DNA of 64,000 nt from an uncultured Clostridia bacterium (lineage in GTDB: Bacteria > Bacillota > Clostridia > TANB77 > CAG-508). Under the pieces are notes generated by a model. That model saw nothing but the letters and a program-made list of their open reading frames with translations. It was not told the DNA's origin and did not search any database. The position numbers were made by a program, and so were the translations under genes. The DNA is taken from the NCBI GenBank assembly GCA_934120645.1, contig CAKOUO010000001.1, forward strand, positions 203,636 to 267,635, in the 5' to 3' direction. This document shows positions 18,600 to 28,684 of this stretch, piece after piece; the first letter of the stretch is position 1, and every line of letters begins with the position of its first letter.

Positions 18600-21533
18600 C
18601 TATAAAATTTTTAATACCATTTTATTCATTGTAGATAAGTCTGTTGCTGTTATTTTTCCGTTTTCATCTAAGTCTGCTGATATTTTATATTCACCATCTA
18701 GTTTTATCATTTTAAGTACAGTTTGATTCATTGTAGATAAATCTGTTGCTGTTATTTTTCCATCACCACTTAAATCGCCTAAAACAGATATTTTTAGTTC
18801 TACTTTTTCTCCATTTTTTGTTATTATCATAGTCATTCCAGTTCCTACATATTCATCATTTTTTAATTGTGTTCCATCTTCTTTTATAACTTTTATTTCT
18901 CCGTTTGTTTTTATATTATTTATATAATTATTTAATTTAGTTTCTTTTCCAACTTTAGATATATATTTTTCTTCTATTTTGTAATTGTCTGATGATATAT
19001 ATAGTTTTTCTTCTGCTTTTTTGTTTATTATAATTTTAAAATCCTTTGTAGTAATATTATTGTCTGAATCACTAATTTGTACTTGTGCTGTATATGTTCC
19101 TTCTTTTGTTGCTATTAAATTTTCGTTTGGTACATTAAAACTTATCTTTGTATTTTTATCATTTAATGTAATTTCACCATCTTCTAAATCATTAGCTTTA
19201 AAATAGTTTGGTTCTATTTTCAATTTATCTCCTACTGTAAAATTAATTGTGTTTATATCTGCTATTTCTGGACTTGATCCATTTAGTAATGTTTTTTCTG
19301 AAGATAATAATTGATTTTTATATTTTTCATTTAATGCTAAAATAGATGAAAGTAATTTATTTTTATAGATAAAATAATTATTTTTGTTTTCTTGTTTTTC
19401 TGTTGATATTATATTTTTTATTTTAGTAATATATTGTTCTACTTTTCTTTTATAAATTTCATATTGTTCTTCGTCTGATGTTCCTTCTTTTTGTAATCCA
19501 TATTCTGTAATTTTATATGTAGTTTGTTTATCTGTTGTATTTGAAAATTCTTCTTTTTGATTTAACATTTGGCTTTGGAATATTAATCTTCCTGGTTCTC
19601 TATGTTTTATTTTTATTGTATATCCTATATCTACAGGTATAGTATCATCTCCTGGATTATTAACATTTCCTATATAACTCTTTTCGTATATTTGTTTTCC
19701 GTCTTTATCAAATATTTGAATATTTGCATATTCATCTGTGAAATAAGAGTGTGAAGATTGATTGTTACTTTTTATTCTTATTTCTTTGTTTTCTAAATTC
19801 ATTGTTGCACTTGCAAATAGGCTATCTCCTAATCCTTTAAATTGTATTTGTGTATCTGATGCAATAGGATTTATTTGCATTTTTTGATATTGAATTTCTT
19901 TTTGTGTATTACTATTTTCCTTTATTACAACATAATCATAAGAATAGTTATATGCATTTGTTTTTGCACTTGGCATTTGTAATGTATATATACCAACTGG
20001 TAAATCTTTTATATCTATATTATTATTTTCTATTAATATTTCTTTAATAATATTTTTTCCATCTTTAATATAAAGTTTTTTACCTTGTAATTGTTCTAAA
20101 TCATCAATTGTTATTTTTAATGATAAACTACCCTTCATATTATATTTTTCTAGTTCTTCATTACTTACTAATGAATAGTTTCCTTCTAAATTAAGGTCTT
20201 TTCTAATTTGCTCTGATTTTTCATCACTTTCTACAAAATCTCTTAAGTAATATATCATTGGTAATTCCTTTTCATATATTTCTGATTGTATATCTTCTGA
20301 TGGAACTATTTTCCAAGAATTCATGTATGGAATTACATTATATCCTGATACTTCACTAAATGATTTTGCATACATATTAGATGCATTATATCTAATACCT
20401 TTACTTAGATATTCTCTATATTTTGAATGAACATATGCCATTGATTTTTCTGGTCCTATTTTATCTAATAAATCAACAAAGAAATATAATTTTTGTTGAT
20501 AGCTAAATTCGTTAAATTCATTTGTATTTTCTCTTGCTTTTTCTATATTATTTTCTATTTTTAGTTTTTTACCTAGCCATCCTCCATCATTTTCATTCAA
20601 AAATGTGATTTGATAATAATGTGATAATATGTTATTCATAACATCTACTAATGCTAAATCTTGGTTTGCTAAACTACCTTCATATCCATGCCCAAATTCA
20701 TGTAAGTTTAACCATCCTTTTGATAAATATCCACTTATTGAATCTCCATTTTGAGCTGTATGGTTTCCACTATAATAAGCTGCTCCTGCTCCATGTTTAT
20801 TTGCTTTTACAAAGAATTTTGTTTTTACATTTTTATCTAGTTCGTTATCTGTGTTATATGACAATCCTAAGAAACGGTCAAATTGCTCAACAAAATCATG
20901 ATAGTATTCAAGCATTTCGTCTATTGATTTAAATGCATAATTACCACCATTTGGTCTTACTATTGTTTCTCTGTCTTTTAATGGTACTAAAAAAGTTGCT
21001 CTATCATTTTCTATTACTGCATAAGCATGATTGTTTTGGTTCCATTTATTAAAGAATTCCTCTTCATTATCTCCATAATAATAATATGTTAAGTCTTCTG
21101 TTTCATTTAAATTTTTTATTTCTATTGTTGGCTTTTCTTCAATTCCGCATAATGTTCTAATAAATGGTACACTATCATAATCTACTGATATTGTAACCCA
21201 ATCGCCATTTTTTGGAATTGTAAATGTTTTTTCTGTTTGGCTATCATTATTTAAGCAATCTAATGTTAAATTTTGATTTAATTTTAAATTTGTTTGTCTT
21301 ATTTCAAAACTTGCTCCTGCTTTCATGTAAATTCCTAAATTTTGACGATCATGCCAGTTACCACGATTTGTTCCTGATAATGACATATTTGCTACGCTTT
21401 GATTTGTATATAATGTTTTTGTTATTGTGTTTTCATCGTTTTCCCCTACTATTGCTGCTAAAACCTGTGATTCATAACTAAGAAGAAGTATTGTTACTAT
21501 AATTAAAATTGATAATTTTTTTAAATATTTCAT
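18600..21533 (-). CDS. Large secreted zinc metalloprotease-like protein (HEFGH motif, M60-like/enhancin-type suspected) with Ig-like regions and a C-terminal type I dockerin
   Basis: Signal peptide MKYLKKLSILIIVTILLLSYESQVLA. HExxH+E motif WLNLHEFGHGYEGS. C-terminal tandem dockerin repeats DLSGDGKITATDLSTMNQTVLKMI / DLDENGKITATDLSTMNKMVLKI. Strong RBS AGGAGGAT. Confidence 0.6.
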   Translation of the reverse strand: MKYLKKLSILIIVTILLLSYESQVLAAIVGENDENTITKTLYTNQSVANMSLSGTNRGNWHDRQNLGIYMKAGASFEIRQTNLKLNQNLTLDCLNNDSQTEKTFTIPKNGDWVTISVDYDSVPFIRTLCGIEEKPTIEIKNLNETEDLTYYYYGDNEEEFFNKWNQNNHAYAVIENDRATFLVPLKDRETIVRPNGGNYAFKSIDEMLEYYHDFVEQFDRFLGLSYNTDNELDKNVKTKFFVKANKHGAGAAYYSGNHTAQNGDSISGYLSKGWLNLHEFGHGYEGSLANQDLALVDVMNNILSHYYQITFLNENDGGWLGKKLKIENNIEKARENTNEFNEFSYQQKLYFFVDLLDKIGPEKSMAYVHSKYREYLSKGIRYNASNMYAKSFSEVSGYNVIPYMNSWKIVPSEDIQSEIYEKELPMIYYLRDFVESDEKSEQIRKDLNLEGNYSLVSNEELEKYNMKGSLSLKITIDDLEQLQGKKLYIKDGKNIIKEILIENNNIDIKDLPVGIYTLQMPSAKTNAYNYSYDYVVIKENSNTQKEIQYQKMQINPIASDTQIQFKGLGDSLFASATMNLENKEIRIKSNNQSSHSYFTDEYANIQIFDKDGKQIYEKSYIGNVNNPGDDTIPVDIGYTIKIKHREPGRLIFQSQMLNQKEEFSNTTDKQTTYKITEYGLQKEGTSDEEQYEIYKRKVEQYITKIKNIISTEKQENKNNYFIYKNKLLSSILALNEKYKNQLLSSEKTLLNGSSPEIADINTINFTVGDKLKIEPNYFKANDLEDGEITLNDKNTKISFNVPNENLIATKEGTYTAQVQISDSDNNITTKDFKIIINKKAEEKLYISSDNYKIEEKYISKVGKETKLNNYINNIKTNGEIKVIKEDGTQLKNDEYVGTGMTMIITKNGEKVELKISVLGDLSGDGKITATDLSTMNQTVLKMIKLDGEYKISADLDENGKITATDLSTMNKMVLKIL

Positions 21534-21621
21534 AATATCCTCCTAAAATTACATCTATTTTTATTATAGCACAATTTGCCATTTCTGTAAACTTTTTATG
21601 TTTTGTTCTTAAATTCTATAT

Positions 21622-21655
21622 AAAAAAATAGGCAGAAATATTCTGCCTATTTTTA
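21622..21655. terminator. Hairpin aggcagaaatattctgcct + T-run
   Basis: Lies just downstream of the minus-strand 80-aa gene and upstream of the M60 gene promoter region. Confidence 0.45.
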
Positions 21656-21663
21656 CTATAAAT

Positions 21664-21906
21664 TTAAAACTTTTTGCTTCTAATTTCATTCAGTGAAACC
21701 GGAATTGCTATTAATGTAGTTACTATAATGGCTACTGTTAATACAAACAGTATTATGCTGTGTGGCATAATTTCTAAAACTTCTCTGAACTCTGGTATTA
21801 TGTATAACACCAGTAAAGCTACAAATATTACTGCCGTATCCATTACGACAATATTTCTTACAAATATTCCGGTTTTTCTAATAATTTTTCTCCGGCTTTT
21901 TCTCAT
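21664..21906 (-). CDS. Small hypothetical membrane protein (80 aa, basic N-terminus and 2 TM helices)
   Basis: An ORF with higher local GC, flanked by terminators. No family recognised. Confidence 0.35.
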   Translation of the reverse strand: MRKSRRKIIRKTGIFVRNIVVMDTAVIFVALLVLYIIPEFREVLEIMPHSIILFVLTVAIIVTTLIAIPVSLNEIRSKKF

Positions 21907-21995
21907 AAAATTCTCCTCCTGTAGGTTAAAATTTATAGTTTTTATGGTTATCTAAAAATATTTTATCATATATTTCTGTTTTTTGCAAAAAGCTA

Positions 21996-22961
21996 TTAAT
22001 ACTTGATATTATTTTTTTTATTTATCCACGATACCGATAAGTCCATTGCTGCTCTACATGCATTAGTATTGTCTAAGCTGTTTAACATAACAAAATCATG
22101 AATTATTCCTTGGAATCGTACCGCTGTTACATCATTACAAGCTTCTCGTAGTCTATTTGCATATGCTTCTCCTTCATCTCTTAAAACATCTGCTTCTCCA
22201 TTTAAAATCATTGCATCTGGTAGATTTCTTAGCTGTTCTAGTGTTGCTTTCAATGGTGTTGCTAAAATATTATTTCTCTTTTGAATATTTGGTTCATAAT
22301 TATTCCAGAACCATTTCATTCCGTCTCGGTATAAATAATATCCATTTGCAAATTCAATATATGAATTTGTATTAAAGTTGTCGTTTGTAACTGGATAATA
22401 TAATAATTGTTTATGTATCTTAGGTCCGTTTTTTTCTTTTGATAATAATGTCATTGCAATAGCCATATTTCCACCAACACTGTCTCCTGCTACTGTTAGT
22501 GTATTTAAATTTGCTGTTATATTATATTGTTTTAGTATTTCTGGAATTCGATTTAAAATTGAATAACACTGTTCTATTGCAATAGGAAATTTTGCTTCTG
22601 GTGATCTCGTATATTCTGGAAAAATAGCAATAGAATTTGTTCTGTATGCCAATTCTCTTACTAATTTTTCGTGTGTGTGAAAACTACCAAACACCCATCC
22701 TGCACCATGTATATAAAAAATTATATTTTTGGTTGTATTATAATAATTAGGTATAACTGTATATACATTTATGCATCCATGGCATTTTGTATCTATTGAA
22801 TTTACTTTTATATTAGCTGGGCACATATATACTGGCATATTTTGTGCTTCTTCTAATTTTTTTCTTCCTTCTTCAACAGGAAGTTGGAAAATTAAAGGTG
22901 GCTTAGAACTTCGTCTTGCCACCTCACATGCTGGTTTTTCTAATATTATTTTTGAATTCAT
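21996..22961 (-). CDS. Alpha/beta hydrolase fold-3 esterase/lipase
   Basis: Oxyanion-hole motif HGAGWVFGS and nucleophile elbow GDSVGGNMA. RBS AAAGGAGAAAAG. Confidence 0.7.
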   Translation of the reverse strand: MNSKIILEKPACEVARRSSKPPLIFQLPVEEGRKKLEEAQNMPVYMCPANIKVNSIDTKCHGCINVYTVIPNYYNTTKNIIFYIHGAGWVFGSFHTHEKLVRELAYRTNSIAIFPEYTRSPEAKFPIAIEQCYSILNRIPEILKQYNITANLNTLTVAGDSVGGNMAIAMTLLSKEKNGPKIHKQLLYYPVTNDNFNTNSYIEFANGYYLYRDGMKWFWNNYEPNIQKRNNILATPLKATLEQLRNLPDAMILNGEADVLRDEGEAYANRLREACNDVTAVRFQGIIHDFVMLNSLDNTNACRAAMDLSVSWINKKNNIKY

Positions 22962-23044
22962 AACTTTTCTCCTTTAGAACTTTTTATCATAATATATTAT
23001 GAATGTTTTAAAGGTTTAGTTACATGCAACAAAAATAAGTACTA

Positions 23045-23884
23045 TTATTTTATATCAATAGCTCCTATACCACCATCAATTTTTATTAAATTATCTCCTT
23101 CTCCAAATTCTGTATCATCTTTCATTTCTTTTCCGTCTATTTTAATTGCTCCAATTCCTTTGCTTATTTCCATTTTATAATTTTTTATTCCATCTGATAA
23201 ATTAATGTCTAATTTTCCTACTCCTGCATTTATTTTGCTTTTTCCTGTTAATTTTGATGTTAATTCAAATTTTCCTACTCCCATGTCTAAATTTAAGTTA
23301 TTCATTTCTCCAGATAAAATATCAACTTTACCTGCTCCACCTTCTATTTGTGCTTTATTACTTACATTAAGTTTTTCTATTTCTACTTTTCCTGCTCCTA
23401 TTTCAAAGTTTAATTCTTTTGCTTGTAGTTGCTCTATTTTAATATTTCCAGCTCCTGCTTCTATTTTTACATTTTCAAACATCGTATTTTCTGGTATATA
23501 TATAGTTAATGAATTTTTACTATTACTTCTAGAAAGCCATTTATTTACATCTTCTTTTATTTCTAACTGATTATCTTTTGGTTTAATAGAAACGTATTTG
23601 TTATTGCTTTCTACTTTTAAAGTGTCTCCTTTTTTTATGGTTAAATTAGAGTACACTAATTTTATCTTTAATGTTTCGAATTTTTCATTTTCTAAATTTG
23701 TTATTTCTTCTTGTTGACTTATTATTTCATTTTGGTTTGCTGTTTCTGTTTCGTTTGTTTTTGTTAACCCTAAAACACTTGCTAAACTGTAAAGCCCAAA
23801 TAATATTCCTGATATTATGTTTGCAATTATGAATATCGCTAATGCTATAGCTAAATATTTTATTACTTTTTGTGCTGTACTCAT
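23045..23884 (-). CDS. DUF4097/LiaG-like putative adhesin with beta-helix repeats and an N-terminal TM anchor
   Basis: Repeated G(A/V)GK(V/L)(D/E)I motifs (IGAGKVEIEKLN, GGAGKVDILSG, GVGKFELTS, GVGKLDINLSDG, GIGAIKIDG). Overlaps the upstream gene by 4 nt. Confidence 0.5.
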   Translation of the reverse strand: MSTAQKVIKYLAIALAIFIIANIISGILFGLYSLASVLGLTKTNETETANQNEIISQQEEITNLENEKFETLKIKLVYSNLTIKKGDTLKVESNNKYVSIKPKDNQLEIKEDVNKWLSRSNSKNSLTIYIPENTMFENVKIEAGAGNIKIEQLQAKELNFEIGAGKVEIEKLNVSNKAQIEGGAGKVDILSGEMNNLNLDMGVGKFELTSKLTGKSKINAGVGKLDINLSDGIKNYKMEISKGIGAIKIDGKEMKDDTEFGEGDNLIKIDGGIGAIDIK

Positions 23885-24564
23885 TTTATATCAACACCCC
23901 CGAATACACATGTAGAATTTATATATATTGTATGCACAGCTTCTTTATTTGCATGTACTGCCTTGTCTGATACTCCACCAAATATAGGTGTTGATTTTAT
24001 TTTTATATTTACGTTTTCTGGTATAAATATTTCAATTCCTCCAAATATTGCTGAACAGTTTATAACTGTATCTTCATTTATTATTGCTTTTCTTAAATCA
24101 CATTTAACTCCACCAAATACAGCAGTTAAATCTGTTCCTTTGAATTCTTCGTTGTCAAATCTTACATCTTGCCCTGCAAATGTTGCACAATATTCATTTT
24201 GTCCTTTTTTGTTTTCATTTAACTTTTTTATTTCTTTGTTTAATTTGCTATTAATTGTGTCTTTGAATATAAATGAAATTCCTATTGCAACTAATATTGC
24301 TGGAACTAATAGTTTCCAAATTGTATCGAAATCTAAATAATTCTGACAACATAGTAATAATGCAATTCCTATTAATAGTCCTATAATATTTCCTGTTTTT
24401 TCATTTTCTTTAAATAGACCTATAAAGCATGGAATTATAATAAATAATGTCCACCATCCATCAAAAAATATATTTATGTTTGTAATTCCAAGTGCATTAC
24501 CTGCTAATATTAATCCTACTATTATAAAGACTAATCCCCATAAAATATTTCCAAATTTTTTCAT
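23881..24564 (-). CDS. LiaF-like cell-envelope stress protein (N-terminal multi-TM region plus C-terminal DUF2154-type repeats)
   Basis: TM region NILWGLVFIIVGLILAGNALG...WWTLFIIIPCFIGLF. C-terminal repeats IFGGIEIFIPENVNIKI / IFGGVSDK / VFGGVDIK. Confidence 0.5.
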   Translation of the reverse strand: MKKFGNILWGLVFIIVGLILAGNALGITNINIFFDGWWTLFIIIPCFIGLFKENEKTGNIIGLLIGIALLLCCQNYLDFDTIWKLLVPAILVAIGISFIFKDTINSKLNKEIKKLNENKKGQNEYCATFAGQDVRFDNEEFKGTDLTAVFGGVKCDLRKAIINEDTVINCSAIFGGIEIFIPENVNIKIKSTPIFGGVSDKAVHANKEAVHTIYINSTCVFGGVDIK

Positions 24565-24711
24565 TTTAAATTTCCCCCTTTTATTTTGTTACTGTTAGTT
24601 TATCATTTTATTGTTATATTGTAAATATTTTCTAAAAATATAAATAAAAGTATTTTTTTTTAATTTTTGATAATAATATTATTAATATTATTCAAATAGG
24701 AGGATTTTTAT

Positions 24712-25146
24712 ATGGAAAATCAAAATTTAAATATTTTGGATGAAATAAATAAAGGTGCAACAATGGGCATGGATGCTATTTCTTATATTTCTTTAAAAGT
24801 TAGTGATGATACATTTAAAAAAGTTTTAAATACAGAATATAATAAATATAAAGATATATCTAATAGGGTTAATGATTTGTACGAAAATTATAGTGATAAA
24901 GAGCCTCATGAAACAAATGCTATGAATAAAATGATGACATGGTATGGTATTCAAATGAAAACTATGGCAGATGATAGTACTTCTAAATTGTCTGAATTAT
25001 TAATGCAAGGTACTAATATGGGCATTATAGAAGGTAGACGTTTATTAAATCAAAATAAAGATGCTGAGCCTGATGTAAAAAATATTTTAAATGATTTTGT
25101 TGTAATGCAAGAAGATAGTGTTGAGACTTTAAAAAAATATTTGTAA
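24712..25146 (+). CDS. Hypothetical protein (144 aa), possibly a four-helix-bundle/ferritin-like fold
   Basis: RBS AGGAGGAT. No confident family assignment by eye. Confidence 0.4.
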   Translation: MENQNLNILDEINKGATMGMDAISYISLKVSDDTFKKVLNTEYNKYKDISNRVNDLYENYSDKEPHETNAMNKMMTWYGIQMKTMADDSTSKLSELLMQGTNMGIIEGRRLLNQNKDAEPDVKNILNDFVVMQEDSVETLKKYL

Positions 25147-25147
25147 A

Positions 25148-25181
25148 ATAAAAGGGACTTTTTACAGTCCCTTTTATTTTT
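25148..25181. terminator. Bidirectional terminator aaagggactttttacagtcccttt flanked by A and T runs
   Basis: Lies between the convergent 24712 gene and nrdG. Confidence 0.55.
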
Positions 25182-25671
25182 AATCTACTAATACAACTTT
25201 ATGTTCTTTTAGACTTTCTTGAACATTTATAACTCTTTGATTTGATGAACCTTTCCATTTTAGTGTAGGATTATGTAATTCATCAACATATTGACCATCA
25301 ACTAGAACATCTAAATATTTAACTACTTCTTTATTTTTTAAGTCTTTATCAAATTTAAAACCTGACCAAGCCCATAAATTTTTGTTAGGATATTTTTCTT
25401 TAAACGCTTTTGCTAATTTTGTTGTTCCTTCTATATTTTTAGGATTCATTGGTTCTCCTCCTAAAATAGATAATCCTTCTATATTTTCATTATCACATAA
25501 TTCTAATACTCTTTTTACAGTATCATCTGTAAATTCTTTTCCACCATTAAAATCATGTGTTTCTGGGTTAAAGCAATTTTTACAATTAAATGTGCATCCT
25601 TGCATAAATATTGATACTCTTACACCTGGCCCATCTGAAATATCCATTTTTCTAATTTTATTATATCTCAT
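25180..25671 (-). CDS. nrdG: Anaerobic ribonucleoside-triphosphate reductase activating protein (radical SAM)
   Basis: Motif GPGVRVSIFMQGCTFNCKNCFNPET (CxxxCxxC). 163 aa. Confidence 0.85.
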   Translation of the reverse strand: MRYNKIRKMDISDGPGVRVSIFMQGCTFNCKNCFNPETHDFNGGKEFTDDTVKRVLELCDNENIEGLSILGGEPMNPKNIEGTTKLAKAFKEKYPNKNLWAWSGFKFDKDLKNKEVVKYLDVLVDGQYVDELHNPTLKWKGSSNQRVINVQESLKEHKVVLVD

Positions 25672-25682
25672 TTTCTTCCCTC

Positions 25683-27845
25683 TTATTCATCATCATCTTT
25701 ATTATCTATGTGTAAAACTCTCTCTTTTATTTCTTGTGTTCTTCCTTTGTTCCAGAAATTACTACCTATATACCCACATGTTCTTCTTGCTACATTTAAT
25801 GTGTTATGATCTCTATTTCCGCAATTTGGACAATACCATTCTAGATTTTCATCTATTAATACTTCTCCTGTATATCCGCATTTTTGGCAATAGTCTGATT
25901 TTGTGTTTAATTCTGCATACATTATGTTATCATAAATAAACTTCATTATTTGAATAACAACTTCTAGATTGTCTTGTAAATTAGGTGTCTCAACATAAGA
26001 TATAGCTCCACCTGGACTTAATACTTGGAATTCACTTTCTAATTTTAATTTAGAAAATGCATCAATTTCTTCAAATACTGGTACATGGTAAGAGTTTGTT
26101 ACATAATCTCTATCTGTAATACCTTTAATTACTCCAAATCTTTCTTTTAGGCATTTTGCAAATTTATATGTTGTAGATTCAATTGGTGAACCATAAACAC
26201 TATAATCTATATCTTCTTTTTCTTTCCATTCTTTACATTTGTCGTTTAATTTTTGCATAACTTCTATTGCAAATTCTTTTCCTTCTCCATTGTCTGTATG
26301 ACTCTTTTCTGTCATATATTTAACACATTCGTAAAGTCCTGCATATCCTAGTGAAATTGTTGAATATCCTCCATGTAATAATGGATGAATGCTTGCTCCT
26401 TTTGGTAATCTAGCAAAAGCTCCATATTGCCATAAAATTGGTGCAACATCACTTGTTACTTTGCTTAATCTCTCATGTCTTGCTTGTAATGCTCTATGGC
26501 ATAATTCTAATCTTTCGTCATAAATTTTCCAGAATTTTTCTCTGTCTTTTCCTGATGTTAATGCAACATCAACTAAATTTATTGTTACAACACCTTGATT
26601 AAATCTACCATAATATTTTGGTTTATTTGTTTCTGGGTCAACATATGGTGTTAAGAATGAACGACATCCCATACATGGGTAGCAATGTCCTTCTCCGTTT
26701 TTATCTATTTTGAATTCTTTCATTTTCTTTTCAGATATGTAATCTGGTACCATTCTTTTTGCTGTGCATTTTGCTGCTAGTTTTGTTAAATACCAGTATT
26801 TACTGTCTTCATGTATATTATCTTCTTCTAATACATAAAGTAGTTTTGGGAAAGCTGGTGTTATATAAACACCTTTTTCATTTTTAAATCCTACTATTCT
26901 TTGTTTTAAGAATTCTTCAATTATCATTGCTAATTCTTCTTTATATTCTTCTGTTTCTCCTAAATACATACAAACTGATAAGAAAGGGGCTTGTCCATTT
27001 GTATTTGTCATAGAGTTTACTTGGTAATTAAATGTTTGCACACCATCTGCAACTTCTTTTTGTGTATCTTGTTTAGCATATTCTTCACATTGTTTTTCTG
27101 TTAATCCTCTATCTTTGTATTTTTTGTAATATTTATTATAACTACTTTTTACAAATGGTGCTAAGTGTGCTAATGATACTGTTGCTCCTCCATAAGTTGA
27201 AGAAGTAACTGCTAAAATAATTTGTGTTGCTATTGTGCATGCTGTTATAAATCTATGTGGTTTTTCTATCATTACTCCATTCATTATAGTGCCATTTTGT
27301 AGCATGTCTTCTAGATTTATAAGTTCACAGTTTGTTAATGCGTTTTGTGCAAAATAATCTGCATCATGGAAATGTATTATTCCTTCGTCATGTGCTTTTA
27401 CTATGTCTTCTGGTAATAAAAATCTTCTTGTTATATCAGTGCTTGTAATTCCTGCTAAATAGTCTCTTTGTGTTGTTACAACAGTTGCGTTTTTGTTAGA
27501 GTTTTCGTTATTCCAATATTCACTTTCTCCTTCTATTAATTCTTTAATAGATTGGTCTGTTGTATTTGCTTTTCTAACTAATGCTCTTGTATAACGATAT
27601 GTAATATATGTTTTAGCTAATTGATATTTTGCAATTGCCATTAATTTTTGTTCTATAATATCTTGAATATCTTCAACTAATATTCTTGATTTTTTTAAAT
27701 CTTCAATATAAGTTATTATTTCTTCAATTTCTTCTTCTGTTGCTTTTTCTTTTCTAGATACTTCATTATTAGCTTTTTTTATTGCTACTCTTATTTTTTC
27801 CGGATTGTAGTCAACTATTGATCCGTCTCTTTTTATGATTTTCAT
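25683..27845 (-). CDS. nrdD: Anaerobic ribonucleoside-triphosphate reductase
   Basis: N-terminal ATP-cone (MKIIKRDGSIVDYNPEKI). C-terminal glycyl-radical region (RTCGYIG) and a Zn Cys cluster (CQKCGY...CPNCG). The start is placed at the ATG with GGAGG 8 nt upstream; alternative ATGs lie at 27851 and 27890. Confidence 0.9.
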   Translation of the reverse strand: MKIIKRDGSIVDYNPEKIRVAIKKANNEVSRKEKATEEEIEEIITYIEDLKKSRILVEDIQDIIEQKLMAIAKYQLAKTYITYRYTRALVRKANTTDQSIKELIEGESEYWNNENSNKNATVVTTQRDYLAGITSTDITRRFLLPEDIVKAHDEGIIHFHDADYFAQNALTNCELINLEDMLQNGTIMNGVMIEKPHRFITACTIATQIILAVTSSTYGGATVSLAHLAPFVKSSYNKYYKKYKDRGLTEKQCEEYAKQDTQKEVADGVQTFNYQVNSMTNTNGQAPFLSVCMYLGETEEYKEELAMIIEEFLKQRIVGFKNEKGVYITPAFPKLLYVLEEDNIHEDSKYWYLTKLAAKCTAKRMVPDYISEKKMKEFKIDKNGEGHCYPCMGCRSFLTPYVDPETNKPKYYGRFNQGVVTINLVDVALTSGKDREKFWKIYDERLELCHRALQARHERLSKVTSDVAPILWQYGAFARLPKGASIHPLLHGGYSTISLGYAGLYECVKYMTEKSHTDNGEGKEFAIEVMQKLNDKCKEWKEKEDIDYSVYGSPIESTTYKFAKCLKERFGVIKGITDRDYVTNSYHVPVFEEIDAFSKLKLESEFQVLSPGGAISYVETPNLQDNLEVVIQIMKFIYDNIMYAELNTKSDYCQKCGYTGEVLIDENLEWYCPNCGNRDHNTLNVARRTCGYIGSNFWNKGRTQEIKERVLHIDNKDDDE

Positions 27846-27984
27846 TTCCATATCCTCCCCTTGTTTTTGTATGCACTTATTATATATCATCCGGATACTT
27901 TTTCTGTTGCAATTGCAACATTTTATGAAAAAGATTTTTTTTTGTTTTTTTCTTGGCTTGGCTCTAAGTTTTTTTCTTTTATTA

Positions 27985-28005
27985 CATTTTTGTTACAAAT
28001 TTTGT
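27985..28005. promoter_or_regulatory. Perfect 21-bp palindrome TTGTTACAAATTTTGTAACAA in the divergent nrdD / 28053 intergenic region; candidate operator
   Basis: Read directly. A second small palindrome gttgcaattgcaac lies at about 27918-27931 in the nrdD leader. Neither matches the NrdR-box consensus well. Confidence 0.35.
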
Positions 28006-28052
28006 AACAAATTCTGTAACCTTGTCATATTTTATATAAGAGGTGTTTTAAT

Positions 28053-28634
28053 ATGAATAATTTAACCCCAATGTATACTTATCCAGACGATTATTGTATA
28101 AGTACAAATGAAGTTAATCTATTGAAAAAAATGAATTTGGGAACAACATATAATGTGGACACGAATGCTTTTAATAAGTATTGCTGAAAATTTAGGTGAT
28201 TTAGATGCTACTCAGACTCGTTTGTTACAAAACCCAAAAGATATTGCTAATGTTTTTAGAATGTATTATGGTGTAAATGTTGCAAATACATTAGAAAAAT
28301 TGTTAACAGAACATTTAGTAATTGGAAAAGAATTAATTGTTGCTTTAAAAAATAATAATCAACAATTAGCAAAAGAATTAAATGATAAATGGTATAAAAA
28401 TGCTGATGCTATGGCAGATGCTTTTAGTAGTATTAATCCTTTTTATCCAAGAGAACAAGTACATAATATGTTTTATAACCATCTAAAACTTACAAGTGAT
28501 ATGAAGTTGCTGCTCGTTTAAGAAAAGATTATACTGCTGATATTAAAGCTTATGATATAGTTCAAAGAGAAATTTTAGATATGTCTCAATTTTTTGTAGA
28601 TGGAATTGTTAGACAATTTCCTAATTTATTTTAA
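28053..28634 (+). pseudogene. Hypothetical gene split across three reading frames (28053-28183, 28153-28521, about 28500-28634) by two frameshifts
   Basis: RBS AGAGGTG before ATG 28053. Three consecutive same-strand ORF fragments read as one continuous protein: MNNLTPMYTYPDDYCIS...NAF / ...LISIAENLGDLD...HLKLTSDM / EVAARLRKDYTADIKAYDIVQREILDMSQFFVDGIVRQFPNLF. Followed by a terminator hairpin at about 28640-28680. Confidence 0.45.
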
Positions 28635-28684
28635 TATAAAAAATTAGAAAGTGGAAATTTCTCTTCTTTCTAATTTTTTATATA

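Noticed and set aside
27985-28005. NrdR box upstream of nrdDG
   Set aside because: The palindrome does not resemble the NrdR consensus (acaCwAtATaTwGtgt). It is kept only as a generic candidate operator.
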